Shown: positions 1-15,466 of the stretch, piece by piece | Position numbering within the stretch: the stretch's first letter is position 1 | Layout: every line of letters begins with the position of its first letter | The notes under the pieces: model-generated | What the model was told of the DNA's origin: nothing | The model's database searches: none | The model's input: the letters and a program-made list of their open reading frames with translations, nothing else | Source: Chrysomallon squamiferum | Lineage: Eukaryota; Animalia; Mollusca | Assembly: GCA_012295275.1 (NCBI GenBank) | Contig: CM022675.1 | Location: forward strand, 8,742,001 to 8,806,000 | Reading direction: 5' to 3' | Length of the DNA: 64,000 nucleotides | Made by a program: the position numbers and the translations under genes

Positions 1-41
<41 letters not shown>

Positions 42-82
42 CTCTCTCTCTCTCTTACTCTCTCTTACTGTCTATCTCTCTT

Positions 83-177
<95 letters not shown>

Positions 178-237
178 TCTGTATCTCTCTCTTTCTCTCT
201 CTTTATCTCTTACTCTCTCTTACTGTCTCTCTCTCTC

Positions 238-317
<80 letters not shown>
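1..317. repeat. Long imperfect (CT)n microsatellite; representative of the many (CT/GA)n, (AAT)n, (ATTT)n, (CA)n, (TA)n, (TAC)n and poly-A/T tracts throughout the window
   Basis: Directly visible. Confidence 0.98.
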
Positions 318-320
<3 letters not shown>

Positions 321-598
321 ATGACACACCCACTCTATTCCTTTTTTTAAACACAGAACGAAAAATTATAAACAAATAACCAACACACACACACACCGCA
401 CAATTATTTCGAAATTAATTCTTAAATTTTTTATCCGGTATCCAGCCCTTTCCATTCAGTAAAGAAAACCTTATACGTATTAATATTTCGTCAGTGCAGT
501 TAAGTTAGACTAACAAATGTCACACTCATACACACACACACAAAACCCCCCTCAAAAAACCAACAAAAAAGAAAACCTTCTCAATAAACGAAACTAAA

Positions 599-640
<42 letters not shown>

Positions 641-1079
641 GAAAAATCATCATACTAAAATATACATTAACAGATTAACAGTTATGAATACAACGATAGA
701 AAAAAAAAACGAAAGAAAATATAATAACAATACACAGAAAAAAAAAAAAAAAAAAAAAATCTTTTTTTATTTTATTTATTCAGGTATGACGAACGTTTTT
801 CATTTCATTAATATAATATTTTCCGCGCCATTGTTCCCATCACGTCAGACAGAACGTCACAAAGAAACCTCAGCGCGTGCTCCGCAGTTTTACCGCCAAA
901 AGTATACTGGATTAAAAAAAAAAAAAAAAAAAAAAAGATTACACATTTGCAGCAGATAATTTTGTTTAGAATATCGTATTAGGTACATGGATGCAAACAG
1001 CTTTATGAATCGCGTTTTCAGACAAGATGCAATATTGTTTTGTCGTCTTCGTAAACTTTTCAATTATCAACAACAAAAC

Positions 1080-1160
1080 CGCGCGCCGCGCTCCACGTTT
1101 GGCGCGAAAAGTTCCTTTATCGCTGGCCGGAAGTGGTTCGGCTCTTTCAGACGAGAGTTA
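1080..1160. promoter_or_regulatory. CpG-rich promoter-like element with bidirectional E2F site and ETS site
   Basis: TTTGGCGCGAAA at 1098-1109 (E2F consensus on both strands) and CCGGAAGTG at 1127-1135, within a GCGC-rich stretch. Confidence 0.5.
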
Positions 1161-1788
1161 TTGTGGAGGTTGTAATTATTAATCCGAGCCGATTTTTAAG
1201 TAAATTACGATAATATTTCTTACAGTTGGCGACAAAGGTTTCATCCAGATTAAAGAGTACGCTAGAAAATTAGGAAATAAATTCGAGTTCGTAGTCGTGT
1301 GAAGGTGGTCGTTTTTGTGGCGCGTTTAACTGTAATTAGGTTTATAGAAAGTATTATAATTGTTGTTATTATTATTATCATTATTATTATTATTATTATT
1401 AATATTTTTCTTCTTCTTCTTCTTATTATTGTTGTTGTTGTTGTTGTTGTTGTTCTTATTATTGTTATCATTATTATCATCATCATTATCATTATTATTA
1501 TCATTATTTTATTATTATTATTATCATTATTATTATTATTATTAATATTATTATTTTTATTTTTATTTTTATTATTACTGATATTATTATTATTGTTGTT
1601 GTTGTTGTTCTTATTATTGTTATTATTATTACTGTTATTATTATTTTTATTACTATTATTATTAATACAGTTATTGTTATTATCATTAAGGTTATTGCTA
1701 GTGTTATTGTTATTATTATTATCATAGTTATTGTTATTATCATCATTTTTATTATTATTGTTATTGTTGTTATTATCATTGTTGTTGC

Positions 1789-1831
<43 letters not shown>

Positions 1832-2168
1832 TTTATTTTTATTATTATTATTATGTAGGTAAAAATGCGACAACAGAATCATCTAATTCGAAAAATAAGT
1901 TTAATAAATCTATTTCTAATTTTAAGATTTACATTTTACATATAATCATGGCATCTCCATCTGATCCTTTTGTAGAATGTGCTTGTCATCTTTCACTATT
2001 TATCTGTCTATGTATGTATGTATGTATGTGTGTGTGTGTGTATGTATGTATGTATGCGTGTATGTTTGTAGGTATGTATGCAAATATATGTGTATATATA
2101 TATTTGTCTAGCTATCTATCTATCTGTATATCTTTCTCTCTAACTTTCTTTATCTGTTTCTCTATATA

Positions 2169-2309
<141 letters not shown>

Positions 2310-5300
2310 ATATTTCCTCAGTAAATCAGCGGATTGGTCAGCATTTAAATTCAAGTTTTAGCTAATTTTGTGATTCTGTGTGTTTTTTACTTTGACGTTT
2401 TGACGTGTAAATAATTTAAAAACTTTATTTCTCGAGTTCTCGTTAGTGTGGTTATCAGACACATTCTAAACCAACATGGCGCTGTCGCTATGGTTACTGA
2501 AACAAACTCACAAGAAGCCATCTTGTGTGTGTGTGTGTAAACAATCGAGAATGTTGGAGATTTCTAGTCAAGTTGTCAAAATATCGTCTCTTTCTTCTTT
2601 TAAAACATTTCGTCTTTCTTTCGTTCGTTCTTATTTTCTTTTGTCATTCTTTCTTTCTTTCAATTTTTTAATCTTATTATTTTCTTTGATTCTGTCTATT
2701 TTTTTTTTGTCTTTCCTTACTTCAAGATTGTTTCATCTATTTAATTATTTTACTTATGTATCAGTATTATTGTTATTAATATCATTTCTGCTGTTGTTGA
2801 AGTTATTCAAAATTAACATTTTTAATCATGAAGATGTTGACATTAAAATTAATTATTGTAAAAATTAAATGATTAAATAAATAAATAAATTAATTAATAA
2901 TAATAATAATAATAATAATAGTAATAATAATAATAAACAAAAATTTACAAAATTATTCCGTTATTCAGGATGTATTAATTTTTCGCATGATATTTTGAAC
3001 AACAACGACAACAACAAACGACAATAACAACAGTATCAACAGCAATAACAACAATAACAAAGTAAAATAATAATAATAATAATAATAATAATACATGAAG
3101 AAAGAAAGAAAGAAAGAAAAAAAAAAAGAAAAAAAAAAACTTCAATTATCTTATCAAAGTTATTCTCGCTTTACAGTTTTCCTCGCGATCCGCCGGAAAA
3201 TGCGCGTGTTGTCATGACAATTCCATTGTAATAGACGCACGTGCGCGGTTAACGCTTGACAATGACTGGGTGTTTTCTGCGCAGTTATTATACATACAAT
3301 GGGCGTCGAAAATGGCAACATCGCATGATTAAATTATGACGTCATAGAACCTGCTTATTAAGACGTTTACAAATAAATTAATTAATTTATTGGCGGGCAT
3401 AATAATGTTCGGGGCAAACGTTTGTTTGAACGAGTCAGTGCAACAATGCAGAATTAAAATACTAATATTAATAATAAATAGATTATGTGGATAAAACAGA
3501 AAAGATCTGTTGGTATTAAAATTATCGCGGTTATTTTGTGAATTGAAGATAAGAAAGGGACTGTAAATGAACGAATGATGGACAGAAAGATGGAGCCAAA
3601 GACTGGCACACAGAAAGGAGAGAATGAATGAATGAATGAATGAATGAATGTATGTGTTAGAGAAATCATGGTGTTTTTCAGTGTGAACGTTTTCAGTGGT
3701 TGTTGTAATCAGTCGAAACAGAACGTTTTGATAGAGTTGGTTGTGGTTTTAATAATCAGTAGTTGAAACAGCATAAGTAGTAAAAATAATAAAAATAATT
3801 TTTATAAAAGTATAGTAGTTGATATAGCTGTGGTTTTAGTAGTAGTAGTTACTGATGTAGTAATAGTAGTAGCAATAGTAGTAGTAGTAGTAGTAGTAAT
3901 AGAAATATAGTAGTATAGTACAAGTTACTGTTGTAATAAAAGTAGTAGTGCAAGTAGTAGTAGTAGTAGTAGTAGTAGTAGCTGTTGTAGTAGTATAGAT
4001 TTGCTAATAGTATATTAGAAGAAGTAGTAATTTCTGATTTATAAGTTTGTGGGGCTTTTTTGGTTTAAGTTAAGAAGATTAGCAGGGAATATAAAACTAC
4101 CACTGACGTTGTTGTAGTTGATGTTAATGCAGTCGAAGAGGTAGTGGTTTAGAATTTAAGTCGGGTTTGTATAAATTTAAAAAGCTGAAAAAAAGAACAA
4201 GAAAATAACAAAATGAGAATAAATGTGAAAAAAGAAAGAACAAAATGAACATAAGCATAAAAGAATGAAAGAAAAAACTGGGAAAAAAGTAAAACTAAAA
4301 AATAGGAAAGAAAATAAAAAGAAAAGAAAGAAAAAAAAAAAAAATAATAAAGAATAAAAAGCAAGAAAAAATATAAAAGAAAGAAACAAAAATAAAAGAA
4401 GAAAGAAAAAAAATATATATAAAGTAAAAAAAAAATAGTGAAATTAAAAAAACAAAAAACAAAAAAAGAATGAATAAAAGAATAATTAATTTCAAAACGA
4501 GAAATTAGACACTTCCCCCATCCCAGCCCCACCCCTATTTCTCCCGCCGGACCCGCCCTGGACACGCGACTGTGAAATAGACATCGCGCGGCGCGCTCAT
4601 TTCAGCGGTTTTGAGAACAATGGCGGAAAAACAGCGCACTCGAAGACAAATCAATACTTCTGAAATGAACAACACAAAACTGAAATAGAACAAAGAAGGC
4701 GCTTTCGAAAATAATTCCACAGCAATTAATTATCTTTTCAATAAAACATTCTAACCTCATAGATAGATCATATATATATATATATATTATTACTATTACT
4801 CCCCCCCATCCCTAATACATACGACCTTTTTTTTTATTGACAACATCAACAAGTGAAAAAAAAAAAAATTATAGTTTTTTTGGTGTTTTTTATTATTATT
4901 ATTATTATTATTACACAGCGTCACGTCAGTGAAATGAACAAAATAATCACAACTATGATGATGATGATGCGGTGATCACGTGACTGCGCTGTCAGTTTCT
5001 ATCAAGGTAACTGTCGCCTGTCAATCAAGTCTTGGCACTGCCCAGCGTGCTGTGTGGATGTCATCCAATCAGATTGCAGGATAATTAAAAATCGCTTCCA
5101 CCGTATGTTTTTGGGGATGTTTTAAGATCTGCAATAGAAACGACAGGGAGAAAGAGAGAATCGACTTAATGTTTCTCCATGCTTCGAACTGTTACAGGAT
5201 TTTTACCTTAAACAGGATACATTTGAAAAGAACTGCACCTACAATTTGAAGCAGGTAATATTTTACCGTTGTGTCGTGTAGATTGTGACTTTTATAATTA

Positions 5301-6237
5301 TCGTGTGAATAATCAGTTGATTTTTTTTTTTTTTAATTTTAATTTTCATAAAGAATTTAAAAGAATGTCGTAATATTTTTAAATTTAGGATTGTCGATGT
5401 GAAATAAACACGGATAAATATGCTTGGATACTTGTTAATGATATTTATTTTATGTATGTATGTATGTATGTATGTGTTTGTGTATGTACACATGCATGTA
5501 CGGATATGTAAATATGTGTGTATGTATGCATGCATGTACGTATATGTATGTATGTATGTATCTATCTATCTGTATATCTATTTCTTGTCTGAAGGTCTAC
5601 ATATTTATTAATGTGATTTATTTAATTATCATTGTCATCATCACCATATTTATTATTACCGTTATAGTTGTTATCACCACTATCATTATTATTATGATAT
5701 ACCTATCTCTTTATCTATCTATCTATCTGTCTGTCTATCTATCTATCTATCTATCTATCTATCAGTCAGCTTAAATATCTGTCTGTGTATTTATCACCAC
5801 ATATCTTTAAGTGAATTATTATTATTATTGTTTTTATTATTAATATTAGTATTATGATGATGATCATCATCATTATTATTGTTATTGTTATTACTATTGT
5901 AGTAATCGACATCAAAGCAATATTATTTATTTATTTATTTATTTATTCATTTACCAATCTACATTTTAATTGAGATACACAGACTTAATCCCCATAATCT
6001 AAATCCCTTGTACATTTTATTTTAAGGCTCAAAACGCGAATTTACGAAGAGTGATAAATTTCACTTTTACGAGCTCGTCTCATTGTTAATGCGCTGAAAT
6101 GAACACTGGCTTAGAAACATGCGTGATATCTTGTTTATCAAAGACGCTGCAGCTTATCTCCAAATGTATAACAGTAAAAAACAAAATGTACACACATTAC
6201 ACGTGAAACGATAGGCGTATGCTTTTGACAACATAGG

Positions 6238-6720
6238 GTGTTGCTGATACATTGAAAATGTTTAGCAGTGTTTTGCCGATAAATTTGAAAATGTTTGTTT
6301 TTGCGTTACCGCTACATTTTAAAATGTTTATTTATATTGTCGATGCTTTTAAAACGTTTAACGTTCAAGATACATTGGAACTTTTTATTTATTCACTGTC
6401 GATATATTAATAAAAGTTAAAATAATATTGCCAATGCATAAAAAAGATTGATATAATGCCGATATATTAAGAATATTTATCATATATTGTCGATAAATAA
6501 AAAATACAAATAAATTATTTATCTACTGTCGATATATTGTAAATATTTATTTAAGTATTGCCGATATATTTTAAAAAAAAAAATGTTTTTGTATGATGCC
6601 GATAATTTAAAAAATTATTATTTATATATTGCCGGTACATAATTGTTTATTGTTATATATATTCATTGTAAATATCCATTAATGTATTGCTGGTATATTA
6701 AAAATGTTTATTTATATACA
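6238..6720. repeat. Degenerate ~30-bp minisatellite (approx. ATATTGYCGATATATTAAAAATRTTTATTT)
   Basis: A TTGYCGATA-like core recurs more than ten times at roughly 30-40 bp spacing, with similar AT-rich linkers. Confidence 0.7.
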
Positions 6721-7741
6721 ACCAACGCAGTATTTTTCCAAATAATATATATTTTTTTTTTTTTTTTTTTTTTATCAGTAAATTGAAAATTCATATCGAA
6801 AATACCTGTCATTGTGTTGCATATAAGAATTTATTAAAGCATTTCTCAACCATTACAACATTTTTTCTGTGATGTTCCGACGTATTTTAGTGTTTATAAG
6901 ATTTAATATATTGCTCTGAAATTTGTTATTCAGTGTATTGCTCATACATTGAATATGTTTATATATGATGCGTTAGAAATATTTGTAAATTATTTGGTCA
7001 TATATTACAAATATGTTATAGTGTGATAATGTAAATAAATATATATTTTTTAGAGACGTATTTCAATTACAAATTCTGTGTGTAAGTAAACAGATTTATC
7101 CGTATTATTTATTTATTTGTTTATTTGTTTGTTTGTTTGTTTATTTATTTGTTTGTTTGTTTATTTATTTATTCATTCATTCATTCATTTATTTATTTAA
7201 ATTGCGTTTATTTTATTTTTAACAGAGTTTTACAATAAATTTCACAAATTCAAAATTTACATTAATATGATGGTTTTAATAAGACTGCGTGAATGAAACA
7301 AGATGGCGAATAGTTTATCAGAACGTATACGATTTATAAAAAGCTTACATATATAAACCAGTGCTAACAGTTGTGTTCATTTTATTGCATTTATTGTAAA
7401 TTTGAAATGTATTACCATTATTTTACTTTCAAAACTTTTACCCGTTTTTATTTTGTTTAAAATTGTTATTTGTTATTGCATCATTAAATTATCTTATTTA
7501 ATTTAATAATCATAACAATAGTAAGTGTAATGGTACTAGAATTACTACTAATTTTATTGCTACTACAACGATATATGCTACTGCTGCTAATACTACTACA
7601 ATTACCAGTACTGCAACTGCTACTAATAATAAAACTACAACGACAACAGCAACAACGACAACAGCAACAACAACAACAGTGATGATGATGATGATAATAA
7701 TAGCGACAACAACGATAATAAAAAATAAACATACTACTACA

Positions 7742-7784
<43 letters not shown>

Positions 7785-7833
7785 ATTATACCACTATTAC
7801 TACAACTAGTACTGCTACTATTACTATTACTGA

Positions 7834-7880
<47 letters not shown>

Positions 7881-8599
7881 TTACTACTATTATACTACTA
7901 CTACTACTACTAGAAGTTTAAAAATAATAATAATAATAATAGCAGCAGTCTTAGATATTTATTTATTCACAGTGGTAAAAACAACACGCACGCACGCACG
8001 CACGCACGCACGGACGCACCCAAACACAGAAAAAATTAATTGCCATAGTTTAACCAACGAAACAAATTTTTCCCCTGAAATCATTCTCAATACCTTTATC
8101 GCGGATTATCCTGATAATAAAAATTTCTGGATGATTAGAGAAAAATTATTTAATTCAATTCCGTGGCGACTTATTTCGAATGTTTCTGTGGTAAATTAAT
8201 TTCTGCACGTGCTGGAGATTCGGCGCGTGCAGGGGACTTTTGGTATCACGCAATTTCTTTCTCAAATATTGATATTGCAGACGAATAACACCAGAAACAC
8301 GGAGAGAATAAAAAGCGATAGCTTGAAGACTTCTGTGTCTGAATAATGATATTATTATTGCATTGTTGCTATCGAGAGCTTTTTATTTATTTGTTTATTT
8401 GTTTCTTTGTTTGTTTGTTTGTTTGTTTGTTTGATTGTTTGTTTGTATATTTGATTGTTTGTTTGTGTTCTGTTTGTTTCGGCATGTTTTTGATTTTTTG
8501 TTTCTTTCTTTTTTCTTTATTTGTTTGTTTGTTTGCTTATTTGATTTTGTATGTTTGTTTTTTTTTCTTTTCGTTTCTTTCTTTCTTTCTTTCTTTCTT

Positions 8600-8634
<35 letters not shown>

Positions 8635-8753
8635 TTTTGTTATTTATTTATTTAAATACATTAGCTGTGTATTAATCACATACTATATTCATGTAAAGGA
8701 ATAATATTTTTAAAAATATCCATAAATCTACTGGGGTATTAAACATTTTCTAT

Positions 8754-8804
<51 letters not shown>

Positions 8805-8894
8805 TTTGTTTGTTTATTTATTGTGCAAATGATCAAACATTTTTTATTTTTAATCTTTTTTGATTATTAATTATTATTATCGTTGTTATTGTTG

Positions 8895-8940
<46 letters not shown>

Positions 8941-9185
8941 ACTGACTTAATTACACTGTTTATTATTAATTTTTGTTATGTTCGGGTGTCGCTAAACAAT
9001 CATTCATTCATTATTTTAATATTATAATATTTTAAAACTAAATAAACGGATATTTATTATTTTTTTTTCTTTTTTTTAAACATTATTCATTCATTCATTA
9101 TTTTAATATATATATATATTTTTAAACACAAATAAACGGATATTTATATATATTTTTTATACATACATTATTATTATACATACAT

Positions 9186-9217
<32 letters not shown>

Positions 9218-9602
9218 CTAAGGTTAAGCTTATCATTACAATTTTAATTTACAGATTTAAATTATAAATAAATATACGTTTAGTTCTGAAGTATTTTTGT
9301 TATGGACAACATTTGTTTTTTTACAGAAAAAAGACCATTTAAAATAAATGGAGGTGTTATTTATCTAGAAGTGAACAAACCCTTATGTATGTGTATGTAT
9401 ATTTGTTCGTCTGTCTGTCTGTCTGTCTGTCTGTCTGTGTACTAGTTAATTTATTTTAAACCTTTTTTTTTTCTTTCTTTGTCTTTCTTCATGATTACAC
9501 ATACCTGGTTCAAAACGACTCCTTGACTACAGAAATATGTCAAACAGAAATTCGTTTATTTATTACGTAAATTTATCTCTCCACCGTGTACTATCTTAAT
9601 AT

Positions 9603-9691
<89 letters not shown>

Positions 9692-9907
9692 ATGCACACA
9701 CAAATGGAAGATTTCCATATAAGCACACATAAATACATACACATATATATACATACATACACACGTATGTGTGTGTGTGTCTGTCTGTTTACATATGTAC
9801 ATATATAAATACAGGTATTCTTTCTTTCACGCCAAATTACAGATTTAAAAATATTTTTCTGTACTGTCAAACAGTAATTCATTGACGGTTTCATTCCTGA
9901 AATTCTA

Positions 9908-10035
<128 letters not shown>

Positions 10036-11608
10036 CTATCTCACTCTTCAAAAAGAAAGAAATTATTATTCAAAATAATCAGTGCCAAAATTGTAGATTC
10101 ATATTCCGATATCAACCAATTCATTTCACGTAATTATATTTTATTATCAGATTTCTTTCTTGTCTCTCTCCTACTTCTTTATTCTCCACAATGCGCAGTT
10201 TGCGAAAAACTGAAAGTAATCAATCCGTATTCGTTTATTTATCAAAGCAGAAACCGGAAGTAACAACCGAAAGATCGACTAGACTGTTTATTTGGAATGT
10301 TACGCTGACATAAACTCGTGGATCAGATTAAAAACTTGTGTTTATTTATAGTTCTTGTTAGACGATAGATTACTTGTACTAGAATAGAAACCATATATAT
10401 ATATATATATCGATAAAACTAAATGGTGTAATTAATAAGCAGAAAGACAGGAAATTATGAAAGAGGGGAGAAAAAAAAGAAATACTATATATATGTAGTC
10501 ATGATGATGATGATGATGACGTCGGTGATGATAATATACTACACTACTAGAGAGGATAATTAGTCGTAGTAGTTGTAGCAACAAAAGCAGAAATAATAGG
10601 GGTAACAGTCATGTTTATTATTATCTACGTCATCATCATCATCATCATCATTATTATGATTATAATTTTTATTATTATTACCATCGTTATCATCATCATC
10701 ATCATTATAGTTATTATTATTATTATTATTACCACCGTTATCATCATTATCATCATCATCATCATCATCATTATAGTTATTATTATTATTATTATTATTG
10801 TTATTATCATTATCATTATTATTGAACTACGTTTTATGTATTTACACATTCTTTTATTCGTTCTGTTATTGTCTCTTTTCATATAAAGCTACACATAAAA
10901 AAAACACATGTATTGTATAGATATCCAAATACTGGAACAGTACAGATATCGAATTTCATTGCGCAGCCCTCTCGACCAATCAGATCGCGTGTTACAAATG
11001 CCAACGACTGGTCGCTTTTATAGACTTACATTTATGACTTTTTTGTTATGGATGTTTTTTATTTATAAATAATCTGCTTCTTTTACGTTTTAAATACAAA
11101 GGTGTACTGTGACAGCGTATCAAGGTTATTCGTACGAAAACCTGTTGCTTAGACGTATACGGTTTCAAATGAATCCGAAGCGGTTGGTTGCACTGTAGAA
11201 AATCAATCACCAGTGCTGACAATGATAACGGGTATTCTGATGATGTCTTAAAGTGTATGTTATTTCAGTAGGATCTGTTTTAACGTGTTCTGAAGATGAT
11301 TTAAAATGACAGATCAGTGATTTATTTATTCGTAATACAAAAAAAAAAAAAAATAGTATGTTTTTTTTTTTTTTGTGTTATGCCAGATTCACCCATCGGC
11401 TCCAAAAAACAACATTACGATCTATCTGTCTGTCTCTCTGTCAGTCTGTCTGTCTGTCTACTAACAAAATTGTTATTTAATTTCCTTCTGTTACGATAAT
11501 CAATGTTTTGGCTGTTACCTTCATCGCCATTGTCACCGCGACAATTACCACTAGGCTACTACAAATAGATAATATATGTGTGTGTGTGTGTGTCTGTGTG
11601 TGTGTACG

Positions 11609-11671
<63 letters not shown>

Positions 11672-11751
11672 TGAGAGATATATAGATGTCGCCTCTCTCT
11701 TTCTGTCTATCTATCTATCTATCCATTGATCTCTCTCTCTCTAGATATATA

Positions 11752-11783
<32 letters not shown>

Positions 11784-12140
11784 CATGCACAGACACACAC
11801 ACATACTCAGAGACATATACAGATACATACAAATAACGAAAAACGTATACATGCACATAAAACGACACCATAATATTTCGTTACACTTTCCATATATCAA
11901 CACATAATTCAATTATCTTTATCAGAAAAAACCCTAATTTTACCTGGAAACTAAATGAACTTGGAAACATTTTTTTTTTTTGCACTAGACTCACGTTATA
12001 TCAGCTAATATATGACACGACACACCTGTTAGTTTTCTAACTAGTTAGTGTAAATTACTAGAATCCAAGTCAATAACCTAATTAAATTCTGGATACGCTG
12101 TGTTAATTTTCCATATCTTATTGTGTGCCGTACATTTCAA

Positions 12141-12355
12141 TCAGTCGTTTTTCTGTGAAATATTTGCAATATTTTCCTGTCGTTTCGCTTCTATTTCGGG
12201 CGGATTTTAAGTCAAAGTTTTTAATTTACCCGTATAATAGGACAGGTGTTGAAAGATAACATCTTGAAAACAATGCCGTCGGCAGTATTCCTTGTTTGTA
12301 GTGCGTGTGTGTGACTCGTTGTGAGAAAAGGTACCTTAAGTAAACGTGATTGAGG
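12141..12355 (+). other. Candidate non-coding first exon / core promoter of the PEA3-like gene
   Basis: Initiator-like TCAGTC at 12141-12146, unique sequence, and donor-like AAG|gtacct (12330) and AGG|gtaaga (12355) followed by T-rich intron-like DNA. Motif evidence only. Confidence 0.3.
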
Positions 12356-12609
12356 GTAAGAAAGTTTATTTATTTATTTATTTGTTTGTTTGCTTTTTTT
12401 GTTTGTTGTTTTTTTTTTGTTTGTTTTTTTGTTTGTTTGTTTGTTTGTGTGTTTATTTATTTATTCTATTTTATTTATGTTATTTTATTGTTTGTTTATT
12501 TTTTACTTCATTACACTATAATACGCGATATTACATTGAATTCTGTTCGGGTTTTTTTTGTTCAATTTTATTTTATTTTATTTTATTTTATTTCGATTTT
12601 ATTTTATTT

Positions 12610-12661
<52 letters not shown>

Positions 12662-14858
12662 TTTCTACTCACCAGTAATACATTTTTTAAAATTATTTTT
12701 CACTATAATAACAAGATATATTTATATTAATTTTACACAAACAAATAATAATTTTTCACCGTATTTTCCATTTCATTCTCTTAATAAAAAAACAAATGAA
12801 AATGAAGCAAAAGTACTTCTTTGGTAGAGCGCATGCCCAGAGTATTACATAATATGCACCCAAAACAATGGGCTGGCCTAACTAATGTAAAACTCGATAG
12901 CAAAAGTATGTGGAAAGTGCTGTCATGTCTGTTTGAAACTTTTATTTAAAAAAAATAAAAACATTAGTTGTATTTTATTAACATAAAATGTATTTCGTTT
13001 CCTCTTAAAATTGTATGCATTAAATAAATGTTTAACATTTAATATTAGACGATACAAATTAATCAGTATAATTTGATATTACTGTTAAATAAATGGTTGT
13101 TATGCGATAATATATATTCATCGTTAATTTTTAAATATTTAAATAAATTTTGATCAACATACTTATATCACTGGTCGTTATGCGCAGATAAAAAAAAAAT
13201 AAATAAACAAACAAACAAATAAATAAATAAATAAACAAATAAAAAAGATAAATACTGACATTTCAATTTCTACTTTTACCATTGTTACTACTGCTGCTAC
13301 GTCTACAATTACCACTACTACAACAACTACTACTGTTACAACTACCATCTCTACTATTACTACTACTATCACCATCATCATCACCATCATCATCATCATC
13401 ATCATCATCCTCATTGTGCTACAAATAAATTTCTATATATAGTGGACCAACCTATTGCCGTATGGGACGTTTTTTTGTGACCAGTCATGACGGAAAAAAA
13501 GTTAACGGTTACGTCGCATGAATATTTAGAGTTGATTTTCCGCTTCCGCGGGTAACCAGGTTTCAAGTGGGAGTCCGTGATGACTGAGCCACAATGTTTA
13601 CTGAGCCACTGATCTACTGAATAGCGAGTACATACAACCTAAATGCCAAAAAAAAAATCGAAAAAAGAAAAAGAAGAAGAAAGAATTGCATGCAGTAATG
13701 CTCTGTATGAATACGCGAGTATTTTGGTTGTTCTTGCATACGTTTAACTGTGTATTTGCCATATTGTGAGTTTTTTGTTTCTATGGATATAGTGAGTGTG
13801 TTTTGTATGTAATGTGCATGTTAGCATGTGCGTTATGTTTGTGTATGGTTCTGTTCTTCTGTTTGTACGTTTGTGCGTTATTATTGTGTTCATATGCGTA
13901 AAATTAACTATACTGAATTGATATCGTCATCATCATGTGTAGTAGTAGTAGCAGCTGTAGTAGTAATGATAGTATTAGTTGTTGCAGTAATAGCTGTTGT
14001 TGTCGTAGTAGTTGCACAAGCGGTAACAATAAGAAATTATCATGTCAGTATTAATCTATACATTTTATTTTATTTTATTTATTTATCATCACCACCATCA
14101 TTATTAACATCATCATCATCATCAACATCATCATCATCATCGTCATCATCGTTTACCTTGATCAGGTCACCTTTCTTTTCCTATCATAACGGCGTATCAA
14201 TTATCTCTACTTGTCTTTTTTTTTTTTTTTTTTTTTGTCTGTGCGTCTATCGGTAAGTTAGTGTGTCCAATAACTTGGTCAGTTTACTGAAGAAAATACC
14301 ACAATCTCCGTTACCACGAAACACAAAGTAAAAATTCCTGACACATGTTACATTAGAAAAATCAACACAGCGAAAGATAATCTTTGTTTTTAGATTAAGA
14401 GTCCACGTTACCAAGTCTTTTTTTTTTTCCCCGCATCAGCCTGTACAAACAAATCGGATAATGTCGGTTATTTTCGGCATTGATTAGCCTCGGTTCTAAA
14501 AAAAAAAAAAAAACGTCGGAGAAGCACGAATTTTCCGCCTTGATATAAGAGTTCGTAATATTTGTACAGGTTTTAAAGCGACAGCAGCTACGAAAACAAC
14601 AAAAAAAAAAATAATAATAATTTAAAAAAAAAATCGCTTTGAAATGCATTCCTGCCGCCGTAAATGGTCGCGAAATCACGCGCGCGAGCAAGGTGTGGTG
14701 TTGACAGGTGGTTGCCATTTGGTCACGTGCGCACGGTCACGCGACATCAGCGCGAGATCTGCCGGTGACATTGTCGTCTGCTGCTTGGTGCAAATTTCAA
14801 AAACGCTGAAATGAGGCTATTTTGTGTTCCGATCTTCAGCTGGGGCTTCGTTAACGAG

Positions 14859-14890
<32 letters not shown>

Positions 14891-14995
14891 GTGAAAGGAA
14901 AAGAAATGAAATAAAGAAAACAGAAAAATGTTGGAATCAAAGAAAAAAGAGATAGCGTTAAATTAATTAGTAAAAAGTCATGTTTTTAATTTTTT

Positions 14996-15070
<75 letters not shown>

Positions 15071-15108
15071 CTCTCTTGTTCGCTCACTCGGTTTCCAAAA
15101 TAGAGGGG

Positions 15109-15145
<37 letters not shown>

Positions 15146-15293
15146 CGATTTTATAAAGAATTGATGTTTTTAATTATGTGGATTTTATATCCAATAAATC
15201 AGATTAGTGCTAAAAGGACATATGCAATAAAATTTTTGATATACATTACCAAAAAAATTATATTAGTTGTTTGTTCAATAAAGGCGATATTTG

Positions 15294-15374
<81 letters not shown>

Positions 15375-15466
15375 TGATTTCAGGCAGGATTTCAGTTCTT
15401 ATTTTTGTGTTGTATGCTCACGTAGGCGAGTTATTTCAGGCGAGATTCTGTATTTTCAGGCGTCCA

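Noticed and set aside
987-1175. 62-aa ORF in the upstream CpG island
   Set aside because: No recognisable homology; better explained as promoter-like sequence.
1262-1882. 206-aa Asn-rich ORF and the many poly-L/I/Y/ER/SL/CV ORFs in the track
   Set aside because: Translations of (AAT)n, (CT)n, (ATTT)n and (GT)n microsatellites; no protein-like complexity or splice context.
6238-6720. Regularly spaced TTGYCGATA motif, superficially CRISPR-like
   Set aside because: Units are highly degenerate, linkers resemble each other rather than being unique spacers, there are no cas genes, and the context is eukaryotic.
11048-11068. ATG GAT GTT TTT TAT (MDVFY) resembling the vertebrate ETV1 start MDGFY
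   Set aside because: Stops after six codons, with no DQQVP motif or donor; most likely chance.
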